Below are positions 55,145 through 64,000 of a stretch of 64,000 nt of DNA, piece by piece. Where the stretch lies: positions 1 through 64,000 of IMG/VR virus record IMGVR_UViG_3300045976_000088. The stretch is one strand, 5' to 3'. The position numbers were made by a program, and so were the translations under genes. This stretch comes from a virus. The notes below the pieces were generated by a model. It made no database searches. It saw nothing but the letters and a program-made list of their open reading frames with translations, and was not told the DNA's origin. Each line of letters opens with the position of its first letter. Position 1 is the first letter of the stretch.

Positions 55145-56296
55145 ATGTCCTTGTTCGTCGACCTGATCGAGCTCAGCGAGCCGCGCACCAACGCGGCGCT
55201 GGAGTTCATGTGCAAGGCGTCGCACGACGATGACGACGCGGTGTGGCTGCCGATGGATTCCCCGTTCATCCGGCGCCTCGTCGAGCTGTTCACCCAGCGC
55301 GGCCTGATGCGCCTCGATGCGTTCCGCGTCGACCTGCAGGCCTGGGCCGAAGGTCAGCGCCACCGCGAGCACCCCGAGCGGCCCGCGCGCCCCGATGGCG
55401 CCATGGAGCGCTGGACGTCGGCCGAACTCGCGCTGGTGAAGCTGTACCTGGAGGCCGTGCCGCCGGCGCAGTACACGCTCGACGACTGGATGATGCTCAC
55501 CGAGTACCTGTTCCAGCGCTACCTGCCGGCCGACGACATGCGCACCGAGGCCGAATGGTTAGCCACCAAGGCGACGCTGATGGGTCGCGTGCAGGCCAAC
55601 ATGGAGAAGATCGGCACGCGCCAGGCCGACGCGGTGATCGCCGCGCTGCCAGCCACCGTGCACGCGGCCGAAACCGCCTTCGACCTGACGCCGCGGCAGC
55701 GCGCTACGCTCGACTTCGCGCGCGTGCGCGCCGCTGAGAACGTGCGCGCGCTGACCGAGGACGTGCGCCACAAGATGCGCACGCTGATCGCGCAGCACGC
55801 CGAGCGACAGATGCTCAAGGTGCCTGGCACGCCGGGCACCGCGCTGCAGACCGAGCTCGTCGATGCGTTCGCCGCGCTCAACCGCGACTGGCGCCGCGTC
55901 GCGGTGACGGAGGCGGCCGAGGCCTCGAACCAGGGCTTCATCGGCACGCTCAAGCCTGGAGCGCGCGTCAAGCGCGTCGAGCAGTACAAGGGCGTGTGCG
56001 CGTGGTGCGCAAAGATCAACGGCCGCATCCTGGAGGTCGTCGACCCGTCGGCGCCGGACAAGGACGGCGAGACCCAGGTATGGGTCGGCAAGACGAACAT
56101 CGGCCGCTCCGCGGCGCCGCGCAAGCGCGTTGGCGACCTGCTGGTCGAGCGCGAGCCGCACGAGCGCTACTGGATAGCCGCCGGCACGCAGCACCCTCAC
56201 TGCCGCGGGCGATGGATCCCCGTGGCCGATGCCCAGCCGGGGGACGATCCGGCGTTCGCGGAGTGGCTGAGCCAGCTCCTGGAGAAGAAACCTTGA
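55145..56296 (+). CDS. MuF-like head morphogenesis protein, predicted leaderless
   Basis: [23 protein letters not shown]. Confidence 0.75.
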   Translation: MSLFVDLIELSEPRTNAALEFMCKASHDDDDAVWLPMDSPFIRRLVELFTQRGLMRLDAFRVDLQAWAEGQRHREHPERPARPDGAMERWTSAELALVKLYLEAVPPAQYTLDDWMMLTEYLFQRYLPADDMRTEAEWLATKATLMGRVQANMEKIGTRQADAVIAALPATVHAAETAFDLTPRQRATLDFARVRAAENVRALTEDVRHKMRTLIAQHAERQMLKVPGTPGTALQTELVDAFAALNRDWRRVAVTEAAEASNQGFIGTLKPGARVKRVEQYKGVCAWCAKINGRILEVVDPSAPDKDGETQVWVGKTNIGRSAAPRKRVGDLLVEREPHERYWIAAGTQHPHCRGRWIPVADAQPGDDPAFAEWLSQLLEKKP

Positions 56297-56904
56297 ACCA
56301 ACTGAGCTGGCCCGAGCGCCCGACCTGCCACGACAAGGACTGGCAAGCCCAGCGCTTCGGCCAACAGACCTGGCGCGCTGCCGGCGAGCGACTGCACCCC
56401 GAGAACGATCACGTTCCCGCGTTCCGCACCTGCAGCTACTGCGGCTCGATGCACCCCGAGGATCTGCTGAACGCGCTGCGCGCCGGCGCCAAGGCGGGCG
56501 GCTCCGACTGGAAGTACGGCTGGCCGCACAAGTTCTACATCGACGGCATCCCCAACAGCCAGGCCGGCAACCTGGTGACGCGCATGTCCATGTCGAGCTG
56601 CGGAGAAGTGCCGACGGACGAGGAGAACGCTTCACTGCAGGACTGGGCGAAGCGGTACAACGGCGTGGCCGAGTGGTCGCCGCCGAAGGATGGTCGCTGC
56701 CGCGGCGTGGTGCGCGTGCCCGACGGCCAGACCACGCACGGCAAGTGGTACAACCAGCACCTGTTCGACCTGGACGAGGCCTCGTTCAACGAGCTCGCGT
56801 CCCTGCTGGAGCAGCACACCGGCATCAAGTTCACCCGAGAGGTGGATGCCGACGGCAAGGTGAACATCGCCTACCAGGCGCCGCGTCACGGCTATCAGCG
56901 CTGA
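56293..56904 (+). CDS. Hypothetical protein
   Basis: TTGA coupling; CSYCGSMHP...[11 protein letters not shown]. Confidence 0.65.
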   Translation: MNQLSWPERPTCHDKDWQAQRFGQQTWRAAGERLHPENDHVPAFRTCSYCGSMHPEDLLNALRAGAKAGGSDWKYGWPHKFYIDGIPNSQAGNLVTRMSMSSCGEVPTDEENASLQDWAKRYNGVAEWSPPKDGRCRGVVRVPDGQTTHGKWYNQHLFDLDEASFNELASLLEQHTGIKFTREVDADGKVNIAYQAPRHGYQR

Positions 56905-56906
56905 TC

Positions 56907-57596
56907 ATGCCGCTCCTCGAAGGCTCCAGCGACGACGTGATTTCGGCGAACATCGCCGAGCTGATCCGCGCCGGCCACCCGCGCGACCAGGCTGTGGCGA
57001 TCGCCTACAAGAAGGCCGGCCGCGCGCGCGAGGAGCAGCCCCTGGCAAAGGCCGTGCTGTTGGTCAAGGCTTCGGTGCTGTCGGCCGCGGCCCGGCGCGC
57101 CTGGTCGGAGCCTACCGAGGCGCAGGCGAAGGCCGGCAACTACGCCAAGCCGCGCGTGCAGTGGCATGGCCTGGAGATCGCCATCGAGAACCCGGCCGGC
57201 AGCACGCGCCGAGGCAAGAAGCCGGACGGCACCGAGTGGGCGACGAAGATGCGCAACGACTACGGCTACGTGTGCCGCAGCGAAGGCGTCGACGGAGACG
57301 AGGTGGACGTGTTTCTCGGGCCCGAGCTCGACAGCGCGCCGACGGTCTACGTCGTGCACCAGCGCAAGGTCGGCGACTGGAAGGCCTACGACGAGGACAA
57401 GTGCATGCTCGGCTTTCCCAGCGAGGAGGCCGCGCGCGATGCGTTCCTGGCGAACTACGATGATCCGCGCTTCCTCGGCCCAATCACAGCCATGCCGGTC
57501 GATGAGTTCATCGCCAAGGTGCGGGCCACGCGCGAGCGGCCGGCGATGATCAAGGCGCTGTTCGTCCTGTTCAGAACACCCATTCGCGCAGGGTGA
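56907..57596 (+). CDS. Inorganic pyrophosphatase-like domain protein of phage polyvalent-protein type
   Basis: [48 protein letters not shown]. Confidence 0.8.
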   Translation: MPLLEGSSDDVISANIAELIRAGHPRDQAVAIAYKKAGRAREEQPLAKAVLLVKASVLSAAARRAWSEPTEAQAKAGNYAKPRVQWHGLEIAIENPAGSTRRGKKPDGTEWATKMRNDYGYVCRSEGVDGDEVDVFLGPELDSAPTVYVVHQRKVGDWKAYDEDKCMLGFPSEEAARDAFLANYDDPRFLGPITAMPVDEFIAKVRATRERPAMIKALFVLFRTPIRAG

Positions 57597-57955
57597 AGAC
57601 AGAGCGCCAAAACCAGCGCGACGTGCATCGATCGTAATAATCGCCGGCGCCTTTCAGCCGGGGTAATTCCGTGGTGGCGTTTGCATACGGTTGTGTAGTG
57701 GCTTTGATTTGCAAAGCCACATTCGTATGCTATTTCTGAAAGTGATTTATCACGATCGACTAGCAAATCGTCTGCAGCCTGTAGCCGATACTCTGTTAAA
57801 AATTGCATTGGCGTTGAGCCGATTGCAACCTTGAATCTACGAGAAAAATGATGGTCACTCATTCCTGCTGCCCTTGCCATTTCAGATAATGTGATTTTTC
57901 GCCCGTAGTTTTTGGCGATGAACCCGAATACCCTTTCAATCTGCGATGCGCGCAT
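57455..57955 (-). CDS. AraC-family DNA-binding-domain-only regulator
   Basis: [43 protein letters not shown]. Confidence 0.85.
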   Translation of the reverse strand: MRASQIERVFGFIAKNYGRKITLSEMARAAGMSDHHFSRRFKVAIGSTPMQFLTEYRLQAADDLLVDRDKSLSEIAYECGFANQSHYTTVCKRHHGITPAERRRRLLRSMHVALVLALCLHPARMGVLNRTNSALIIAGRSRVARTLAMNSSTGMAVIGPRKRGSS

Positions 57956-58061
57956 GGCTGCACTGCATATCTGTTGGGACGTTATTTAACGGGTAAAGTC
58001 GACGAGGGTTCCGTGCATCGTGACGTCATGATCGGGTTGACATCTTCAGGGCCTGGTCAGG

Positions 58062-61000
58062 ATGATCATCTTCCTCAAAAAATCGCAGTTCGCGCTGTTC
58101 GACGCTCCTGTGCACGTGGCGCCCCACGTGCGCAAGGATGGCGTGGTCGTCGCCGCCCACACGCGGATCCAGAAGGTGCGGCCGAAGGCGCCGGCGCCCC
58201 AGCAGCGCACCCTGTTTGGCGACGAGCAGGAGAAGCAGAAGCGCTCGAAGCTGGACGCCTGGATCGCCAAGCATGGTGGCTTGCGCGCGATCGCCAGCAT
58301 CCTGGCAACCGTCACCGAGGGCCAGCAGCAGCACCTGTTCGATCTGATGGCGAAGCTGGGCGGCAAGACGCCGGCCGAGATCGCTTCGATGTTCGATGGC
58401 CTGGCCGAGAAGGCGCCGGAGAAGGGCGAGACACCGGACCTGTTCGCGCAGCCGGCGGCCACGGAGAAGCCGGCCGAGGCGCCTGCGCCGGAGCCGAAGA
58501 AGAAGCGCGCGCCGCGCAAGGCGAAAGAGACCGAAGCCGACACCCGACAGTCAGAGGTGGCGTCCGCGATTCGGGCAGCAGTCGGCTCCTCCTCGCCGCT
58601 CGGTCGGCCGTTCCCGATCACCGTGTCATTTGGCGGTCGCGAGCAGCGGTTCATGGCGCGCATCGACGCGCTAGCGCGCGGGAAAAACAAGGGCGCCATC
58701 CACCTCATGCAGGTCGTGCAGGGACGCATCGTCAAGGGTGATGAGGTTGGGCCGATTGCGCGCTACTTCGTGCTGACGGGAAAGGACGAGCTCAAAGACG
58801 ACAAGCAACTGCCGCACCGCGTCAGCGACGAGGAAAAGGCGAAGTTTGACCAGGCATTCCAGGCTGCACAGCCCGAGCCAGCCCCGGTTCCAGCACCAGC
58901 CCCGCACGACCGCGACGCTCCGTTCGGCGTAGCCGCCGGCATCACCAAGGCCGCGCGCCGCGAGATCAACGCCGAGGTCGCGCGCCTGGTGGCCGAGGGC
59001 CAGGTCGACAAAGACCTGTTCCGCCAGTACAGCGGCAACGGTGGCTGCGGCGACAGCCTGAACGAGTATTACACCGACCCCGACGTGGCGCGCGCGATGT
59101 GGGACGTTCTGGCGCGCCTGGGCGCCGAGCACGGTACAGCGCTTGAGCCGAGCTGCGGCACTGGCGTGTTCCTGCACACCGCGCCGGCCGGCTTCCGCGT
59201 CACCGGCGTCGAGCTCGACCCGACCAGCGCGGCGGTCGCGCTGGCGCTGCACGGCGACCGGCACGAGATCAACACCGCGAGCCTGGAGCGCTTCGCGACG
59301 ACCGACGATCGCCAGTTCGACGTGGTGATCGGCAACCCGCCCTACGGCCCGCGCGGCTTCCTCGCGAAGGATGACAAGGTGGGCATGACGACCGCCGAGG
59401 CCTACTTCTGCGACACCGCGCTCGACAAGTGCAAGCCGGGCGGCCTCGTCGCGCTGGTGGTACCCACCGGCATCATGGACAGCAGCCGCAACCGCAGCCT
59501 GCGCGAGCAGCTGCTGGTGAAGGGCCAGTTCCTCGGGGCGCTGCGCATGCCGAACACCGCGTTCGAGCACTCGCACACCGAGGTGACAACCGATGTCGTC
59601 TTCCTGCGCAAGCGCCCCGACGACGTGGTAGGCGCGCTGCAGACCGTACCGCAGGAGAAGTTGCAGCAGCTGGGCGTGTGGGACGATGATTTCCTGGCTG
59701 GTACCTACTTCACCGAGGGCCGCGGCGCCGGCAACGTGCTGGGCACGCTGGAGGCCGGCTGGCGCGCGAAGGCCGGCATCGGCAACGACATCACAGTGAC
59801 CGGATCGATGGCCGGCGTCCCCGAAGCCATCCGCGAGTTCGCGCCGCATCCCGAGAGCGTTGGCGTGGCCGACCTGACGGTGCCGCAGATCCTGGAGGCG
59901 TTGCCAGAGGGCGCGATGCGCGACGCGGCGCTGTCTGCATCGTTCCGGCGCCCCTACACCAACACCGCCAAGATCGGCGACACCAAGACGGTCGATGGCG
60001 TCACCTACGTGCTGCAGGGCAACCCGCCGCGCTGGCACCGGGTGGACGAGTTCATGGCGACGACAGCGGTGGCCGACGCCGCGCCGCTGGCGGCTCGCAT
60101 CGAGGCGGCCATGGACGGCGGCGACCGTGAGGGCCTGGCCGAGGCCGTGCGCGCCTACGTCGAGCAGCACGGCATCCCGGCCGACAACCCCGAGCTGATG
60201 ACCGCGGCCAGCGTCGACAAGACGCTGTTCCGCCTGGTGGGGGCCGTGAACCGCAAGGGCGAGCTGTCCGATGCCGTGCTCGGCCGCGCGCCGCGCAAGA
60301 TCGAAGGCAGCTTCGAGACGCAGGCCGAGGCGCTGGCTCTCGACGAGAAGCGCAGCTTCACAGCCGACGAGCTCGCCGAGCGTGTTGGACGCGACGTGGA
60401 CTCGGTGGTCGACCAGCTGACCGCTGACGCACGCTACGCCTACCTGGGCGATGGCCGCTGGACCACCATGTCGGCCTACCTGACCGGCGAGCTCTGGCCC
60501 AAGCTGGACGCCGCGCGCGCCGCGTTGGCGGCCGGCGCCGGCGAACTGCAGGGAAAGCTGGAGCAGCAGGCCAAGCGCCTGGAGGAGACGATTGCGCCGC
60601 GCGCGCTCGATGAGGTCGATTTTCAGATCAACAGCGCGTTTCTGCCGCTGCACGTGCTGGAGGCGTTCTTCAACTGGCGCCAGTTCGACGGCCCCGAGGC
60701 GAACGAGTGGACGCGCAAGCAGCCGCCGATCTCGATCAAGTTCGGAGATGGCGTCTACACGATCGAGGGCGGCCTGTCCTGGAGCACCAGCAAGCTGCTG
60801 GACAAGTACCTCAACCGATCCGGCGTCAAGAAGGACGAGAAGCCGGAAATCGACAGCCTGAACGAGGAGTTCAAGAGCTGGCTGTGCGGCAGCCAGTACC
60901 GCGATGCGGTCGAGGAGCTTTACAACCGGAAGTTCCGCGGCTACGTCGGCGAGGACTACAGCGACGCTCCGATCGACGTGCCGGGCCTGACCACCGACCG

Positions 61001-64000
61001 CGACGTGCGCAAATGGCGCTGGTCGAGCCTGCGGCGCTCCCTTGCGACCGGCAAGGGCATCGTGGCCGACGACGTGGGCCTTGGCAAGACGCTGGGCGGC
61101 CTGCTGCTCGCTCGCATGGCGAAGATCGACGGGCGCGCCAAGAAGCCGATCATCGTCGTGCCAAAGTCGGTACTCGCCAACTGGTACAGCGAGACGCAGA
61201 CCTGGTTCCCGAGCTCGCGCGTGCTCACCATCGGCGCCAACTTCAGCGAAGGCAAAGACGGCGAGCTCGTCGGGCGCGACGACGATCCGATCGAGCGCAA
61301 GCGCAAGTACCACGACCTGACGCAGAACGATTACGACTTCGTGATCATCAGCGAGCCGGCGTTCGAGGAGGTCGACCTTAACCCCGAGCTCAAAGAGGGG
61401 TACTACAGCGACGATTTTTGGGTGCAGCGCGGCGACAAGCTGGGCAACGCCGGCGACAAGCGACGCAAGCGCATCAAGGAGCAGTACGAGCAGTCCATCG
61501 CCTCGCGCGAGTTCCAGGACCGCACCGACGCGATCTACTTCGACCAGCTGGGCGTCGACATGCTGCTGGCCGACGAGATGCACCACCAGAAGAACCTCTA
61601 CGCCGCCAAGGCGCGCTTCGGCGAGCAACCGAAGTTCCTCGGCGGCCAGGGCCTGTCGAACCGCGCGCTCGACTTCAACCTCAAGACGCGCTGGGTGCGC
61701 GAGCAGAACGATGGCAAGGGCGTCTACGGCCTGACGGCCACGCCGACCAAGAACAGCCCGCTCGAAATCTACTCGATGCTGTCGCACGTAGCGCCCGAAG
61801 CATTCGAGAAGATCGGCGTGCGCAACAGCGAGGAGTTCCTGGACCGCTTCTGCGAGTTCACGAACGACAAGGTTCTGTCGACCAGCGGCGACATCGAGGA
61901 TGCGCTGGTGGTGTCGGGCTTCAAGAACCTGACCGAGCTGCGCGAGATCATGGCGCGCTTCATCGACCGCCGCACCGCGGAAATGGTCGGGCTTGAGCTG
62001 CCTAAGCGCGACGACAAGCTGCACCTGGTGGGCATGACACCCAAGCAGGAGGAGGTCTACGCCAGCCTGCGCGAGCTCGCGGCCGAGGCCAAGGAGAAGG
62101 ACTCCACGGGCGACGCGCACATCTTCTCCGTGATGGACAAGATGAACAAGGCGGCGCTCGACCTGGCGCTGCTCGGCGCCGAGCATGCCGGCGCGCGCAG
62201 CCCGAAGTACGACGCGATCGCCACGCAGGTGAAGGCGGGCCTGAAGGATGGCGCGCAGATCGTCTTCAGCGAGTACATCGACTCGCACGACCGGTTGGTG
62301 GCCGCGCTGGTCGACGCCGGCGTGCCGCGGAACCGCATCGGTGTGATCAACGCGAAGGTGGCGAGCAGCGCCGTGAAGCGCCAGAACATCGCCGAGGCGC
62401 TGAACAACGGCAAGCTCGACGTGGTGATCGGCAATGCGACGATGGCCGAAGGCCTCAACATGCAGAAGCGCACCACCGACATCCACCACGCCGACGTGCC
62501 GTGGGAACCGGCGACGCTGCAGCAGCGCAACGGACGGGGCCTGCGTCAGGGCAACTACAACGAGGCCGTTCGCATCCACACCTACCTGTCCAAGGGCAGC
62601 TTCGACGGCTACCGGTACCAGGCCGTGCGCGCTAAGAAGGACTGGCAAGACCTGCTATGGAACGGCGGAGATCGCGTCGAGAACCTGGCGCGCGAGGGCC
62701 AGTTCAGCCGCGAAGACCTGAACATCATGCTGGCGGCCGACCCCGAGGCAGCGCGCGCCGCCTACGAGAAGGACAAGTCCGCGGCGCAGCAGCGCTATGA
62801 CGCCGGCCAGCGCCAGGCCGCGAACGAGCAGTTCGTGCGCTTCCAGGATATGACGCGCAGCTACGGCGCGCTGAAGAACAAGAACACCGCGAGCGCGACG
62901 CGGCTGCGCCAGAAGCTGGAGAGCGCGAAGACGGCGCTGTTCAACAACAAGTATTTCACCCACAAGCCGGCGCTCGACAGCGCGACCGACGTGCTGATCG
63001 AGCCGAGCAGTGGCACCGCGCTGCACGCTGGCGTCGGCCTCGACTACGGCAAGGAAGGCCGGTTCGTCGTGTCGGGCGTCAACGCGCGCGCAGGCACCGT
63101 GACGATGCGGCGCTACGCCGAGGTGAGTGGTGGCAGCGCGGTGACGGTGCCGCTGAGCGAACTGGCTTCTGGCATCAAGCCGTTCGCGGTCGACAAGGAC
63201 GCCGAGGCGGCCGAGGTGCGCGTCAAGCTGGAGAGTGCAGCAGCCGAGAAGCTGAACAGCTTGAAGTCCTGGGACGATGTGAAAACCATGCCATCTTCGG
63301 TGCTGGAGGCGAACCACGACCTGATTCAGCGACAGATCAAGGAAGGCGCCAAGAGCTACAAATTCAGCATGCCTTACGGCTCGGTTCCCATGGTCGACAA
63401 GCAGACCGGTGAGCTCAAGATGGTTGAGAGCTACGAGCACACCAAGCTGCACGACACGCACGACTACTTGCTGCCGACCGAGGCGGCTAAGGAGAAGGCA
63501 ATCCAAGCGTGGATGCAGGCCCGGCGAGAGGCCGAGGTCGGCAGCGAGTACGTGCACACTGGCAAGGGACGCAGCCAGAAGTCGACCCGCATGACGGCGC
63601 GCACCTACAAGGGTGCCAGGTACGACGCGCGCACGCGCAATCCATTCACCGGTCTGCTGGGCGAGCTTGGCGGCAAGTCGTCCACCTACGGCGTCGACGG
63701 GCCGCTGGTGAAGGAGGCAAAGCGCCGCCTTGAAGTTGAGCAGCTGCATCGAATCAAGCACGCCGGCAGCCTGGAGGGCATCGTCGACGCTCTCGTGCCG
63801 CTTGCGAAGCTGGAAGGCAGCGAGAGCAGCATGGTCGCGCGCTACCCGGAAAAGGCGCTGGCATCGGCCTGGGCGCGCGCGCGCCATCTCGGGCTGCTCG
63901 ACAAGCCGATGCCGCGCGGCAAGCACGGACACTACGCCGTCGGCCAGGCGACCGCATACGGCGCGCCGGAGCGCAGTGCTCACAACGCGCTGGTGCAGCT
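58062..64000 (+). CDS. DarB-like giant protein: N6-adenine methyltransferase + SNF2-type helicase (3' truncated; not in ORF track)
   Basis: Same frame from MIIFLKKS: EYYT, LEPSCGTG, IGNPPY, DVGLGKT, DEMH, TATP, AEGLNMQ, QRNGRGLRQGN. Confidence 0.9.
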   Translation, partial: MIIFLKKSQFALFDAPVHVAPHVRKDGVVVAAHTRIQKVRPKAPAPQQRTLFGDEQEKQKRSKLDAWIAKHGGLRAIASILATVTEGQQQHLFDLMAKLGGKTPAEIASMFDGLAEKAPEKGETPDLFAQPAATEKPAEAPAPEPKKKRAPRKAKETEADTRQSEVASAIRAAVGSSSPLGRPFPITVSFGGREQRFMARIDALARGKNKGAIHLMQVVQGRIVKGDEVGPIARYFVLTGKDELKDDKQLPHRVSDEEKAKFDQAFQAAQPEPAPVPAPAPHDRDAPFGVAAGITKAARREINAEVARLVAEGQVDKDLFRQYSGNGGCGDSLNEYYTDPDVARAMWDVLARLGAEHGTALEPSCGTGVFLHTAPAGFRVTGVELDPTSAAVALALHGDRHEINTASLERFATTDDRQFDVVIGNPPYGPRGFLAKDDKVGMTTAEAYFCDTALDKCKPGGLVALVVPTGIMDSSRNRSLREQLLVKGQFLGALRMPNTAFEHSHTEVTTDVVFLRKRPDDVVGALQTVPQEKLQQLGVWDDDFLAGTYFTEGRGAGNVLGTLEAGWRAKAGIGNDITVTGSMAGVPEAIREFAPHPESVGVADLTVPQILEALPEGAMRDAALSASFRRPYTNTAKIGDTKTVDGVTYVLQGNPPRWHRVDEFMATTAVADAAPLAARIEAAMDGGDREGLAEAVRAYVEQHGIPADNPELMTAASVDKTLFRLVGAVNRKGELSDAVLGRAPRKIEGSFETQAEALALDEKRSFTADELAERVGRDVDSVVDQLTADARYAYLGDGRWTTMSAYLTGELWPKLDAARAALAAGAGELQGKLEQQAKRLEETIAPRALDEVDFQINSAFLPLHVLEAFFNWRQFDGPEANEWTRKQPPISIKFGDGVYTIEGGLSWSTSKLLDKYLNRSGVKKDEKPEIDSLNEEFKSWLCGSQYRDAVEELYNRKFRGYVGEDYSDAPIDVPGLTTDRDVRKWRWSSLRRSLATGKGIVADDVGLGKTLGGLLLARMAKIDGRAKKPIIVVPKSVLANWYSETQTWFPSSRVLTIGANFSEGKDGELVGRDDDPIERKRKYHDLTQNDYDFVIISEPAFEEVDLNPELKEGYYSDDFWVQRGDKLGNAGDKRRKRIKEQYEQSIASREFQDRTDAIYFDQLGVDMLLADEMHHQKNLYAAKARFGEQPKFLGGQGLSNRALDFNLKTRWVREQNDGKGVYGLTATPTKNSPLEIYSMLSHVAPEAFEKIGVRNSEEFLDRFCEFTNDKVLSTSGDIEDALVVSGFKNLTELREIMARFIDRRTAEMVGLELPKRDDKLHLVGMTPKQEEVYASLRELAAEAKEKDSTGDAHIFSVMDKMNKAALDLALLGAEHAGARSPKYDAIATQVKAGLKDGAQIVFSEYIDSHDRLVAALVDAGVPRNRIGVINAKVASSAVKRQNIAEALNNGKLDVVIGNATMAEGLNMQKRTTDIHHADVPWEPATLQQRNGRGLRQGNYNEAVRIHTYLSKGSFDGYRYQAVRAKKDWQDLLWNGGDRVENLAREGQFSREDLNIMLAADPEAARAAYEKDKSAAQQRYDAGQRQAANEQFVRFQDMTRSYGALKNKNTASATRLRQKLESAKTALFNNKYFTHKPALDSATDVLIEPSSGTALHAGVGLDYGKEGRFVVSGVNARAGTVTMRRYAEVSGGSAVTVPLSELASGIKPFAVDKDAEAAEVRVKLESAAAEKLNSLKSWDDVKTMPSSVLEANHDLIQRQIKEGAKSYKFSMPYGSVPMVDKQTGELKMVESYEHTKLHDTHDYLLPTEAAKEKAIQAWMQARREAEVGSEYVHTGKGRSQKSTRMTARTYKGARYDARTRNPFTGLLGELGGKSSTYGVDGPLVKEAKRRLEVEQLHRIKHAGSLEGIVDALVPLAKLEGSESSMVARYPEKALASAWARARHLGLLDKPMPRGKHGHYAVGQATAYGAPERSAHNALVQ

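Noticed and set aside
58671-63983. Long minus-strand ORFs (1325 aa and 442 aa)
   Set aside because: Antisense shadows of the + strand DarB-like gene, which carries all recognisable motifs

Overview
The whole 64 kb is a high-GC temperate tailed-phage genome segment (host probably a proteobacterium; inference from composition and gene content). Phage genes lie on both sides of the integrase/attP region, so this looks like the non-integrated arrangement. Order: spanins and a large tail fibre/spike (1-4.4 kb); tyrosine integrase, probable attP and tRNA-Leu(CAA); a leftward recombination/nucleotide operon (dUTPase, RecD-like helicase, Xis-like, SMC-like ATPase, Dam-family MTase, RecE-like exonuclease); a rightward replication operon (Cro-like HTH, SF2 helicase, SSB, HNH, VRR-NUC-like, primase-helicase); two divergent early operons of small genes from an inverted-duplicated promoter pair (29.7-29.85 kb); an iteron-rich probable origin (33.4-33.8 kb); middle genes (TrpF-like, NT5C, acyl carrier protein); terminase, portal and a head module with zeta-kinase, MuF-like, pyrophosphatase-like and DarB-like proteins. 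The most notable signals are non-coding or motif-level: (i) an array of interlocking tRNA-like/long-stem RNAs beside an atypical initiator-like tRNA-Met (52.1-54.2 kb); (ii) a TCGTGA-N3-(-10) late-promoter motif, five copies of which predict leaderless mRNAs; (iii) a dispersed 16-bp TGATC-W6-GATCA operator; (iv) a shared hydrophobic-x-K-(A/S) tag on head and cargo proteins; (v) a short anticodon-loop attP core with a complete replacement tRNA. All calls come from reading motifs by eye; no searches or folding programs were run.
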